64,000 nucleotides of DNA from Eledone cirrhosa (GCA_964016885.1 OZ024755.1:34968001-35032000), one strand, 5' to 3'. Counted from the stretch's first letter, positions 13,609-25,679 are shown. Numbers and translations: made by a program. The notes: a model not told the origin generated them from the letters alone.

Positions 13609-14035
13609 ATTTTGTCCGAACAACACCACTACTTCCCAGCCAACCTTAGCACGCCTCATTAAACTAACTGCTGCCAAAACATTCTCTCTTCACAATCTCT
13701 ACTAGTCTGACAGTCTTAAACCCTAAGACTCCCTCCACCTTACTCACTTCCCTCTTCCCCTTCTCTTCCTACCTCCTTTTATCTAGTGTATAAAATATTT
13801 TCATATCATTCTAATACAAAGGTCTGATGACATGGTGTGTTGGCTTACAGTGTACTTTCGGTTTTTGATAATATTTGTGTATTATTCAAATAGCGAGGTA
13901 TAGGTAACTCATACACTTGTTAACTCATAACAATTGTTACCTAATAAATTCTATATACCCGCATTTCCATTTCGTAAATTTTTTCTCCATATGTATATAT
14001 ATATATATGTGTGTGTGTGTATATATATATATATA

Positions 14036-14127
14036 TGAAAAAGTTTGTCCTCATCAGTGGCCATCCAACCGTCGTAGGCATTTCGTCGCATTAAAGGCCA
14101 TATACCTCAGGTTGGTGCGAGCAACGG

Positions 14128-14128
<1 letters not shown>
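14036..14128 (-). mobile_element. Short PLE-pLTR-like fragment with degenerate or truncated hammerhead cores, inside (TA)n
   Basis: The minus strand has CUGAGG...GAAA and a second CUGAUGA-GGAC cut off by the microsatellite. Confidence 0.35.
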
Positions 14129-14206
<78 letters not shown>

Positions 14207-14210
14207 TATA

Positions 14211-15247
14211 TACATTATGAAGAGAGAAGAAACATTTAGATATAATTAGTAATAAAATGTATCATACCTAAACTGTTCCTAAATTCCTCGACTACGTAGT
14301 TTCGTGGCATAAACAAAAACAATATATCAAAGATATAGAGTCCTTGCGAGGTCTGCCGACTTATCAAGAGGATACCTCATTTTACTAGTCTCAAGAACGC
14401 GTCTACACGACGTGAGAAAGAATCCCAGGAACAGTTTAGGTATGATACATTTTATTACTAATTATATCTAAATGTTTCTTCTCTCTTCATAATGTATTTT
14501 TAACTCTGATACTGGTTCAGTCTGGTTCAAACTGAATTGGTCTGTCCCAGTCATTCATTGAGCAACATCGGTGAAGTTGGCACCCTTAACTCACAGTTGG
14601 GTGCGGATGCATTCATGTATATATGTGTGTGTCCGCATGTATCTGTGTGTTTCTTAATATATTAATAACTCCCTCTGGTCGAGCAATCTTTGAAGTGTGG
14701 GGACAACTGGAAAGCTTCCATTACTCATACTTCTCGCCTTCTTCACTACCTCTTCTACGGCCTCGATATGAATACCCCCTCCGCCTCCGTGGTATTTTCT
14801 TCGTGGTTATAAGAGGCTTAGCTCTGTTTCTCGACCGTTATATCGCGTGACTATCTCCCCCTCCGCCTTTTGGGATTCTTTCTCACGTCGTGTAGACGCG
14901 TTCTTGAGACTAGTAAAATGAGGTATCCTCTTGATAAGTCGGCAGACCTCGCAAGGACTCTATATCTTTGATATATTGTTTTTGTTTATGCCACGAAACT
15001 ACGTAGTCGAGGAATTTAGGAACAGTTTAGGTATGATACATTTTATTACTAATTATATCTAAATGTTTCTTCTCTCTTCATAATGTATTTTTAACTCTGA
15101 TACTGGTTCAGTCTGGTTCAAACTGAATTGGTCTGTCCCAGTCATTCATTGAGCAACATCGGTGAAGTTGGCACCCTTAACTCACAGTTGGGTGCGGATG
15201 CATTCATGTATATATGTGTGTGTCCGCATGTATCTGTGTGTTTCTTA

Positions 15248-15251
<4 letters not shown>
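14211..15251 (+). mobile_element. Non-coding PLE-like mini-element with direct repeats (14427-14660 = 15018-15251) and an inverted 5' copy (14211-14427 = reverse complement of 14871-15087)
   Basis: Essentially exact repeats; flanked by (TA)n; hammerhead-like fold at 14926-15013. Confidence 0.8.
14926..15013 (+). ncRNA. Hammerhead-like fold with a variant core (UUGAUAA); mirror copy at 14285-14372 (-)
   Basis: UCCUC-uugauaa-GU(c)GGCA...UGCCAC-GAAAC-UACGUA-GUC|GAGGA. Confidence 0.55.
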
Positions 15252-15314
<63 letters not shown>

Positions 15315-15330
15315 TGTATATATATATATA

Positions 15331-15650
15331 TCATCATCATCATCATCATCATCACCGTTTTACGTCCGTTCTTCCACGCTAGCATGGGTTAGACGGGTTG
15401 TCCTGTTGTGGGCAGTGTCTGGTCGGCTGACCATGCCTTGCTCATACAGGAACTGATCTGGCTTGATTTCTACAGCTGGATGCCCTTCCTAACACCAACC
15501 TCATTTACAGTGAGTGCTGGGTGCTTTTTCGTAGCGCCTACACGTCCACTTTACAGTGTGGGCTGGGTGCTTTTTTGCCGTGGCACCTCCACGACCACCT
15601 TGCGGTTGGGGGGGGGGGGCATATTGTTTATATGCTTCAGCATGTACCCA
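15331..15650 (-). mobile_element. RTE 3'UTR fragment, near-identical to 10620-10928
   Basis: Reverse-complement match including the (CAT)n tail. Confidence 0.92.
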
Positions 15651-15696
15651 TATATATATATATGTATGTATATATATGTATATATATATATGTATG

Positions 15697-15736
<40 letters not shown>

Positions 15737-15738
<2 letters not shown>

Positions 15739-15952
15739 ACGAAGGAAATGTGGTAAGGAACCAGATGGACCATAACGCACCAAAGTACTCAGGGTAGTAG
15801 GGTAGAAGAGTGGGTAATATGAACGAGTAGGACCCCGACGGCTGAGCTCAAGCCGTTTCGACGGCTAATTCTGGACTAATATATATATATATAATTAGTC
15901 CAGAATTAGCCGTCGAAACGGCTTGAGCTCAGCCGTCGGGGTCCTACTCGTT

Positions 15953-15955
<3 letters not shown>
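15737..15955. mobile_element. Mini-element with a perfect 60-bp inverted repeat (15821-15880 / 15894-15953) holding the 3' half of a hammerhead; related copy at 49614-49767
   Basis: GAAAC-GGCU-ugagcuc-AGCC-GUC|GGGGUCC; embedded in (TA)n. Confidence 0.7.
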
Positions 15956-15999
<44 letters not shown>

Positions 16000-16032
16000 A
16001 TATATATATATTATATGTATGTATATATATGT

Positions 16033-16080
<48 letters not shown>

Positions 16081-16149
16081 GTATATATATATGTATATAT
16101 ATATGTATGTATATATATATGTATATATATATATATGTATATATATATA

Positions 16150-16373
16150 TCACACAGTCCACGCTGTAATGTGGCCGTGTAGGCAACACGGTAAAAACCT
16201 CCCAGACCCACACTGTAAATGTGGTTGGTGTTAGGAAGGGCATCCAACTGTAGAAAACCTGCCAGACAGTCCTATGCGAGCAAGACAATCACTCTTGCCT
16301 CAAGTGGGACTACCCCCGTCCAAACCCATGCAAGCGTGGAACACGGACGTTAAACGTTGATGATGATGATGAT
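16150..16373 (+). mobile_element. RTE 3'UTR fragment (subfamily 2); near-identical copy at 19020-19293
   Basis: cacactgtaaatgtggttggtgttaggaagggcatcc...cccatgcaagcgtggaacacggacgttaaacg(gat)n. Confidence 0.88.
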
Positions 16374-16388
16374 GTATGTATATATATG

Positions 16389-16419
<31 letters not shown>

Positions 16420-16451
16420 GTATGTATATATATATGTATGTATATATATGT

Positions 16452-16509
<58 letters not shown>

Positions 16510-16640
16510 GTATATATTTATTTATCTATATATATATATATATGTATGTATATGTATATATATATATATATATATATTTATTTATGTATATATATATATA
16601 TATGTATGTATATGTATATATATATATATATATATGTATG

Positions 16641-16690
<50 letters not shown>

Positions 16691-16720
16691 TGTATGTATA
16701 TATATATATATATATGTATG

Positions 16721-16781
<61 letters not shown>

Positions 16782-16804
16782 ATATATATATATATATATG
16801 TATG

Positions 16805-16888
<84 letters not shown>

Positions 16889-16912
16889 TGTATGTATCTA
16901 TATATATATATG

Positions 16913-16953
<41 letters not shown>

Positions 16954-16986
16954 ATATATATATGTATGTATATATATATGTGTATG

Positions 16987-17017
<31 letters not shown>

Positions 17018-17178
17018 GTATGTATATATATATATATTATATGTATGTATATATATGTATATATATATATGTATATATATATATATGTATATATATATGT
17101 ATATATATATATATGTATGTATATATATGTATATATATATATGTATATATATATATGTATATATATATATATGTATGT

Positions 17179-17238
<60 letters not shown>

Positions 17239-17264
17239 GTATATATATATATATATATATATAA

Positions 17265-17314
<50 letters not shown>

Positions 17315-17337
17315 GTATATATATATGTATATATATG

Positions 17338-17391
<54 letters not shown>

Positions 17392-17399
17392 TATGTATG

Positions 17400-17474
<75 letters not shown>

Positions 17475-17543
17475 GTATATATTTATTTATGTATATATAT
17501 ATATATATATGTATGTATATGTATATATATATATATGTGTATG

Positions 17544-17620
<77 letters not shown>

Positions 17621-17696
17621 GTATGTATATATATATATGTATATATATGTATGTATATATATATATATATATGTATGTATATATATATATATATGT
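16374..17696. repeat. 1.3-kb (TA)n/(TATG)n microsatellite; further tracts at 15955-16149, 18031-18390 and 18791-19017
   Basis: Read directly from the sequence. Confidence 0.97.
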
Positions 17697-18031
17697 AGGC
17701 ACATGCTTAGTGGTTAGAGCATTGGCCTTGCAATCGAAAGGTTGTGAGTTCAATTCTCAGACCGGGTGATGTGTTGTTTCCTTGAGCAAGACACTTTATT
17801 TCACATTGCTCCAGTTTACTCAGCTGTAGAAATGAGATGATATGGGACTGGGTTCCCTATCATTCCACTGAAAAGTGGACGTGTAGGTGCCACGGCAAAA
17901 AGCACCCAGCACTCACTGTAAATGAGGTTGGTGTTAGGAAGGGCATCCAGCTGTAGAAATCAAGCCAGAATCAGTTCCCGTCCCACCCTTGCAAGCAGGG
18001 AAAAGCGGACCTAAAATGAAATGATGATGAT
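17697..18031 (+). mobile_element. tRNA-derived SINE family B with an RTE-derived 3' tail
   Basis: A-box-like cttagtggttagag, B-box gagttcaattct, central ccttgagcaagacacttt, then an RTE 3'UTR segment and (GAT)n. Confidence 0.88.
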
Positions 18032-18071
18032 ATGTATATATTTATTTATGTATATATATATATATGTATGT

Positions 18072-18141
<70 letters not shown>

Positions 18142-18230
18142 ATATATATATATGTATATATATATATGTATGTATATATATATATATATGTATATGTATG
18201 TATATATATATATATGTATATATATGTATG

Positions 18231-18271
<41 letters not shown>

Positions 18272-18282
18272 GTATATATATG

Positions 18283-18367
<85 letters not shown>

Positions 18368-18564
18368 GTATATATATATATATATATACTATATTATATT
18401 TAGAGATTAAACTCATAGTCGTTTACAATTAATCAGCTCAAAGAAAGAGACATTTCTGAGCAGTGAAATACAAGTTATATATTAATATATATGATAAACA
18501 CAAACGTATTTGTATTGTAAGAGACAAAGTTAGCTAGCATGAAATAAACTAATTAAAGTGAATA

Positions 18565-18792
18565 CAATTTGGTGTCTCCTAATGGTCTCTCCTATTCTGT
18601 CTGTGATCGAGGTAGGGTACCCGTTCGTCTCCAGCACCTCGAGGAATCGCTTGGTATGAGAGACACCACTCGCGGGATCGCTGCATCTGTTTTTGATTCG
18701 CGCGATCTCGTTCGTGATGTATCCTCTTTTGGCACTGTTAGGAGGGCAGACTTGTAGTGAACGAATAGGTCTCTGCAGGCTGTGTTTCGGTA
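18565..18792 (-). mobile_element. Fragment of a second Penelope-like RT (thumb region), frameshifted
   Basis: [17 protein letters not shown] followed, after a frameshift, by [21 protein letters not shown]...LETNGYP. This fits the PLE YRK..H..S..P...K...I....R....CS...NGYP pattern. Confidence 0.75.
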
Positions 18793-18833
18793 TATATATG
18801 TATATATATATATATATATGATGTATATATATG

Positions 18834-18864
<31 letters not shown>

Positions 18865-18914
18865 GTATGTATATATATGTATATATATATGTATATATAT
18901 ATATATGTATATAC

Positions 18915-18945
<31 letters not shown>

Positions 18946-19019
18946 CATATATATATACATTATATATATATATATGTATATATATATACATATATATATA
19001 TATACATATATATATATAA

Positions 19020-19293
19020 AGTTATGTTGGTGCCGCGCCATCGAGGCCGAAACAAATGAGATCGTGTAGGTGTCACGACAAAAAAACACACAGTCCACGC
19101 TGTAATGTGGCCGTGTAGGCAACACGGTAAAAATCTCCCAGACCCACACTGTAAATGTGGTTGGTGTTAGGAAGGGCATCCAACTGTAGAAAACCTGCCA
19201 GACAGTCCTATGCGAGCAAGACAATCACTCTTGCCTCAAGTGGGACTACCCCCGTCCCGGACGTTAAACGTTGATGATGATGATGATGATGAT
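19020..19293 (+). mobile_element. RTE 3'UTR fragment (subfamily 2)
   Basis: Near-identical to 16150-16373. Confidence 0.88.
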
Positions 19294-19294
19294 A

Positions 19295-19415
<121 letters not shown>

Positions 19416-19463
19416 GTCATTTCTGAATTCTTATTGGCAACATGACCCTCCCAAAGTATAACA

Positions 19464-19504
<41 letters not shown>

Positions 19505-19507
<3 letters not shown>

Positions 19508-19596
19508 GCTAGTGTGGAAAATGGACTCGAAACGATGATGATGATGTAATATCATCATCATCGTTTAACGTCCATTTTCCACGCTAGCATGGGTCT
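19505..19596. mobile_element. Two minimal RTE tails arranged tail-to-tail as a palindrome
   Basis: gctagtgtggaaaatggac...(gat)n followed by (cat)n...gtccattttccacgctagcatggg. Confidence 0.75.
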
Positions 19597-19598
19597 GG

Positions 19599-19751
<153 letters not shown>

Positions 19752-19777
19752 CATATATGTATATATATATATATGTG

Positions 19778-19817
<40 letters not shown>

Positions 19818-19825
19818 TATATACA

Positions 19826-20168
19826 ACGGTAAGAGATTTTTTCTTATATCAATGTTTGACGGGCATCCACTGATGATTTATAAGTGCCCACCTGCATGTG
19901 TTCTTACAGAAAAATATGCAGGCTTCTACATAACCCGGACACATTCTCCCAACTTGTAGAAAACTTATCATGAAACAATTGTTTGGAAAGAGATTTTAAT
20001 TTTAATTATATCTCATATAAAATAATACAACTGGCTTTCCACAAAATACATATAGTTAGCACCCCAAACATAAAATTGGGATTATACTAAGGTATATCCT
20101 AATGTTTGTTGAGTGAGATGGTAGCCAGTCAGAGTATAGCTTAAGGCTTTCTCTGTTAATGTATTGCA
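19826..20168 (+). mobile_element. Hammerhead-bearing mini-element in (TA)n; diverged partial copy at 26550-26735 (-)
   Basis: HHR at 19866-19987; the 3' part matches the reverse complement of 26550-26735. Confidence 0.72.
19866..19987 (+). ncRNA. Type I hammerhead ribozyme with a large structured loop II
   Basis: UCCA-CUGAUGA-uuuAUAAGU...ACUUAUcau-GAAAC-AAUU-GUU|UGGA. The insert holds the hairpins ccugcau/augcagg and uucuaca/uguagaa. Confidence 0.72.
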
Positions 20169-20420
20169 TATATGTATATATATATATATATATATACATA
20201 CTTATATATATAAATATATATATATATAAATATGTATACATACATACTTATATATACATACATACTTATATCTACATATGTGTGTATATATATATATATA
20301 TTATATATATATATACTTATATATATGTATACATATTTACGTATATATATATATACATACACATATATATACACATACATACATATACATATATATATAT
20401 ATATATATACGTATATATAT

Positions 20421-20682
20421 AGAGAGAGAGAGAGGAGAGAGGAGGGGAGAGAGGAGGGGAGAGAGGAGGAGAGAGAGGAGAGGAGGGGAGAGAGAGAGGA
20501 GAGGAGGGGAGGGGGGGGAGAAGAGGGGGGGGGGGGAGGAGAGGGGAGGAGAGGAGGGAGAGATAGGAGAGGAGAGGAGGGGGGATATGAGGGGGGAGGG
20601 GAGAGGAGAGGGGGGGAGAGGAGAGGAGGGGAGAGAGAGGAGGGGAGAGAGAGAGGAGAGAGGAGGGGGGGGAGAGAGAGAA
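20421..20682. repeat. Polypurine (GA/GGA/G-run) tract
   Basis: Read directly from the sequence. Confidence 0.95.
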
Positions 20683-20783
20683 ATACAGATTTCTATTGAG
20701 GAAAACTTTACTTACTAGAACTATAGGAACGATTAAAAGAAAGATGGAAATATAGAAAGCAAATAACAATTATAATAGTAATA

Positions 20784-20823
<40 letters not shown>

Positions 20824-20984
20824 GTGAAGCTATAAAGTTAACATAAAATTGTGTTTCTGTTGATAATGCATATTTAAATTAACATGAATGACATGTGTTC
20901 ATGAAAAACATATTGCAGAGCAGATAATAAAAGTGCTGCACAAGAGTGAAGTGGAATACTCATAAAAGGAAGGAAAGTAAGAGA

Positions 20985-21160
20985 AAAAATATATATTTAA
21001 AAATAAAATCAAGGGAAGTTATTCAAATTAATAAATTAAAAATATATATTTAAAAATAAAATCAAGGGAAGTTATTCAAATGAATAAATTAAAATATAAA
21101 TTAAAAATATATATTTAAAAATAAAATCAAGGAAAGTTATTCAAATGAATAAATTAAAAC
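20985..21160. repeat. Three copies of an AT-rich unit of about 52 bp
   Basis: aaaaatatatatttaaaaataaaatcaagggaagttattcaaat is repeated. Confidence 0.85.
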
Positions 21161-22639
21161 TATCTGTTTTCTGTCAACGTCACAGTTCATTTGAGCTTTA
21201 TTGAATTTTAAAACCAAACTTTTTGATTATGTTCATTTTGTTTTAATATTGAAATACAAAGAACAGTTACATTATATATTTTTGACTTTTACATTGCTAT
21301 TTTTTTAGAAAAAGTAAAAATCTCATGGCTAAATAGTAAATTTTAATTGCTCTATCTAATTTTCTCATTTTCCTATTCTAGTTTTGGATGTTACAATTTA
21401 ATTCTAATTGAATTATTGCAATTTTAACTGCTATATTACAATTTTCGAAGAAAAAACAAACATATATATGTTTTTAATCACTATCTTATTATTTGAATTC
21501 TACATGATAAATTACACTTCTTTGTAGCTCAAGCTTCAAAATGCCAAAACTGCCTTTCATTCTGGGACACTTTATTGTTATTTTTTATATATCTCATATT
21601 AGATTTTTTACTTCCCAATTGCAACAGTTTCACTGTATTATTGTTATGTGAAGTGCAAAATCATAATTACTAAGTTAATATTTCAATGTTGACTGTAAAA
21701 TTACAATGTTGATTTTTTTCTTCAGTTTTACATTAATTTTTAGATAATGTTTGCAAATTTGAGATAACTTTTGCAAATATGCAATATTAAATTGTTTTTA
21801 CAATTAAATATCCTTCATGCAGCTAACCCCAGTTTGCTTCAGGCAAACAGTTATATGCCTTATTCAAGACCAACACAGTAGCATCTAACTATATGAACAT
21901 TTGTCTTGTAACTTCACATATATAAGGCATCATGCCTAATTACCACCATTTATTACATTATAATTACTATATAAATATTACTGCTTTCTACTTAACTACA
22001 CAGTTATCATTCTGTCACGATGACAGCATAATCTTGTGAGCCATATCATAACTATGACAGGCACAATTTAATCTTAAATTACATTTTATAACTTCAGAAT
22101 TATTATAAATCTAACATATCCCATGAAATTTTAAAGATATAATTTGTGCTGAAAATAACCTGGTTTGGGATCAGATAGGAAATGAAAACAAGAAAGATGG
22201 AGGTTAACAAATCTACAAATTTAAATATGAATATTTCTTTTATTTTCTATTAATCACCATTATATATATATATTTATTTTGTGAATCAGAATTTTTCTCT
22301 TCTGAACAGAAACAGAATGGGGTGGAGTGGGGGTAAATCTGGAGTAGTTTTGATTTTATTTTGTTATTTTATAATTATTACTTTTTTTTTCTTCCAATCA
22401 TTGACGGTATTCCCACTGACAGTTGTATTGTTTTTATCAATCTTATCCTCGTTATCAACAATATCATCTTCATACATTCTCATCATCACTACAGTCATCT
22501 TCATTGTCATTATCATCACATGGTCAGTGTCATGTTAAAAGGAATAACACCAAAATAACAAATTAGCATATTGTTTGGTTTTTTTTTACTGTTGGATTTG
22601 CATAAACCTATTTTTGTTACAACAGTCCAAACCTTACTA

Positions 22640-23534
22640 AAAGTGAAAATGGACGTTAAATGATGATGATGGTGGTGGTGGGTGATGGTGGTGGTGGGTG
22701 ATGGTGGTGGTGGGTGATGGTGGTGGTGGGTGGTGGTGGTGTTGTTGTGGTGGTGGTGTTGTGGTGGTGGTGTTGGGGTGGTGGTGGTGATGGTGGTGGT
22801 GGTGATGGTGGTGGTGGTGATGGTGGTGGTGGGTGGTGGTGGTGGTGTTGTTGTGGTGGTGTTGTTGTGGTGGTGGTGTTGTTGTGGTGGTGGTGGTGGT
22901 GGTGGTGGTGATGGTGGTGGTGGTGGTGATGGTGGTGGTGGTGATGGTGGTGGTGGTGATGGTGGTGGTGGTGATGGTGGTGGTGATGGTGGTGACGGTG
23001 ATGGTGGTGGTGTTGTGGTGGTGATGTTGGTGTTGGTGGTGGTGATGGTGGTGGTGATGGTGGTGGTGGTGGTGATGATGGTTGTGGTGGTGTTGTGGTG
23101 GTGGTGTTGTGGTGGTGGTGATGGTGGTGGTGGTGATGGTGGTGGTGGTGGTGGTGGTGGTGGTGATGGTGGTGATGGTGGTGACGGTGATGGTGGTGGT
23201 GTTGTGGTGTTGGTGTTGGTGGTGGTGGTGGTGGTGATGGTGGTGGTGGTGGTGGTGGTGATGATGGTGATGGTGGTGTTGTGGTGATGGTGGTGTTGTG
23301 GTGGTGTTGTGGTGGTGGTGTTGTTGTGGTGGTGGTGTTGGTGGTGGTGGTGGTGATGGTGGTGGTGATGGTGGTGGTGGTGGTGATGGTGGTGGTGGTG
23401 ATGGTGGTGGTGGTGGTGGTGGTGATGGTGGTGACGGTGATGGTGGTGGTGTTGTGGTGGTGGTGATGGTGGTGGTGGTGGTGTTGGTGGTGGTGATGGT
23501 GGTGGTGATGGTGATGGTGGTGGTGGTGGTGGTG

Positions 23535-23566
<32 letters not shown>

Positions 23567-23765
23567 GGTGGTGGTGGTGGTGGTGGTGGTGATGGTGGTG
23601 GTGTTGTTGGTGGTGGTGGTGGTGGTGGTGGTGGTGATGGTGGTGGTGTTGTTGTTGGTGGTGGTGGTGGTGGTGATGATTGTGGTGGTGGTGATGATTG
23701 TGGTGGTGGTGGTGGTGGTGGTGGTGGCGGTGGTGATGGTGGTGGTGATGATGGTGATGATGTTG
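22640..23765 (+). repeat. RTE tail followed by a 1.1-kb (GGT)n/(GAT)/(TGT) microsatellite
   Basis: aaatggacgttaaatgatgatgat runs directly into (ggt)n. Confidence 0.93.
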
Positions 23766-23911
23766 TTCAATTACACTGGTCTAATTAATCAGTCTTCTTC
23801 AAAGTCAAATGCTAAATTAGTTGTAAATTGCTGTTAAAATTTTACATCAGACTGCAGATTCTATAAAGATGTGTTGAATCTAACATACATTAATATAGTT
23901 ATATATTAAAT

Positions 23912-24877
23912 ATGTAAAGTGGTTGTGTAGGTGACAAGAAAAATACCCAGTCCACACTGTAAAGTGGCCATGTAGGTGGCATGAGAAAAAACACCCAGTC
24001 CACACTGTAAAGTGGTCGTGTAGGTGTCATGACAAAAAACACCCAGTCCACACTGTACAGTGGTTGTGTAAGTGTCATGACAAAAAGCACCCAGTCCACA
24101 CTGTACAGTGGTTGTGTAAGTGTCATGACAAAAAACACCCAGTCCACACTGTAAAGTGGTTCTGTAGGTGACACAACGAACAGCACCCAGTCCACACTGT
24201 ACAGTGGTTGTGTAGGTGTCATGACAAAAAACACCCAGTCCACACTGTAAAATGGTCGTGTAGGTGTCATGACAAAAAACACCCAGTCCACACTGTAAAG
24301 TGGTCGTGTAGGTGTCATGACAAAAAACACACAGTCCACACTGTAAAGTGGTCGTGTAGGTGTCATGACAAAAAACACCCAGTCCACACTGTAAAGTGGT
24401 TGTGTCGGTGTCATGACAAAAAGCACCCAGTCCACACTGTAAAGTGGTTGTGTCGGTGTCATGACAAAAAGCACCCAGTCCACACTGTAAAGTGGTTGTG
24501 CCGGTGTCATGACAAAAAGCACCCAGTCCACACTGTAAAGTGGTTGTGCCGGTGTCACGACAAAAAGCACCCAGTCCACACTGTAAAGTGGTTGTGTAGG
24601 TGTCATGACAAAAAGCACCCAGTCCACACTGTAAAGTGGTTGTGTAGGTGACACAACGAAAAGCACCCAGAGCACACTGTACAGTGGTTGTGTAGGTGAC
24701 ACAACCAAAAGCACACAGTCCACACTGTACAGTGGTTGTGTAGGTGTCATGACAAAAAGTACCCAGTCCACACTGTAAAGTGGTTGTGTAGGTGATACAA
24801 CAAAAAGCACCCAGTCCACACTGTACAGTGGTTGTGTAGGTGACACAACCAAAAGCACACAATCCACACTGTAAAGT
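23912..24877 (+). repeat. 48-bp tandem array (about 20 copies) of the RTE 3'UTR internal repeat
   Basis: Unit cacccagtccacactgtaaagtggtcgtgtaggtgtcatgacaaaaaa; compare 10672-10770. Confidence 0.93.
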
Positions 24878-25019
24878 GAGAGGGAGGTGTATGGGTATGG
24901 GGTGTATTGTGTATATTGGATTAAGAGGTGCCTACAAGGCAGGTCTTCCGTATTACTGCAAATATATACGGTAATTGATATTTGATTAGCCACTAACTTG
25001 TATTCATAAATCCATATGA

Positions 25020-25310
25020 AAGGAAAGAAGGCACTGTCTCGGTTACGGCAATGAGTTTTCCATTTTATCCGATCAATGGAACAGTCTGCTCATAAAATTA
25101 GGAGCAAGTGTCTGAGCATTCCACAGACACAGGTACCCTTAACGTAGTTCTCAGGGAGATTCAGAGTAACGCAGAATATGATAAGGCCGACTCTTCAAAT
25201 TACAGGAGCAACTTGAAATAAAGTGTCTTGCTCAAGGACACAGCACACCACCAGTAATCGACCTCACAACCTTATGTTCATGAGCTGAATTCCCTAACCA
25301 CAAAGCTAGT
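25020..25310 (-). mobile_element. Diverged tRNA-derived SINE (family-B-like head with a different body)
   Basis: aaataaagtgtcttgctcaaggacacagcac...aatcgacctcacaacc...ccctaaccac is the reverse complement of a SINE head. Confidence 0.6.
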
Positions 25311-25679
25311 GCCATGATAAAATTGATAAAATGCACCCAGCAAACTCTGTAAAGTATGAATGACATTAGTAAGGGTGTCCAGCTGTAGAAACAATGCAAC
25401 AAAAACCTATATAAACTATAATTAAAATGTAGGGTAATGTAATATCTCACACATAATAGCAGAGGCAGTCAACACTTTGTGATGCAGCTTATGTGCTATT
25501 GAGATGTTTCCTGCACATTTTGCAGCAAGCATTAATCGTAAAAACAATCGCAGTTGGCACCAATGCAAGTGATGCAGAAAAAATGTATAGTAGGAGAAAA
25601 ATTACATCATTTAAAGTGCATATTACTCAGCACTGCTGCTGCACCAAAAAAAGTAGCATGCAAAGCTTGTTTACAATTT

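Larger units (their letters stand above)
11011..13991 (-). mobile_element. Penelope-like retroelement (Naiad-type), 5'-truncated, with a 3' pLTR and an inverted pLTR copy at the 5' junction; flanked by (TA)n on both sides
   Basis: RT and GIY-YIG ORF (next feature); about 390-bp inverted arms at 11114-11515 and 13605-13991; hammerhead fold in the pLTR. Confidence 0.92.

Noticed and set aside
16357-17769. Long YI/IY-rich ORFs (also at 9619-10116, 18021-18432, 25493-26155, 46638-47830 and others)
   Set aside because: They are translations of (TA)n/(CA)n microsatellites and are open in many frames.
17697-17770. tRNA genes
   Set aside because: A and B boxes are present, but each continues into a SINE body and I could not build a complete cloverleaf.
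23899-24993. Repeat-protein ORFs (also 29293-30116, 30776-31723, 31736-32281, 42880-43395, 44775-45065)
   Set aside because: The unit lengths are multiples of 3 and usually several frames are open; most monomers trace to non-coding TE parts.
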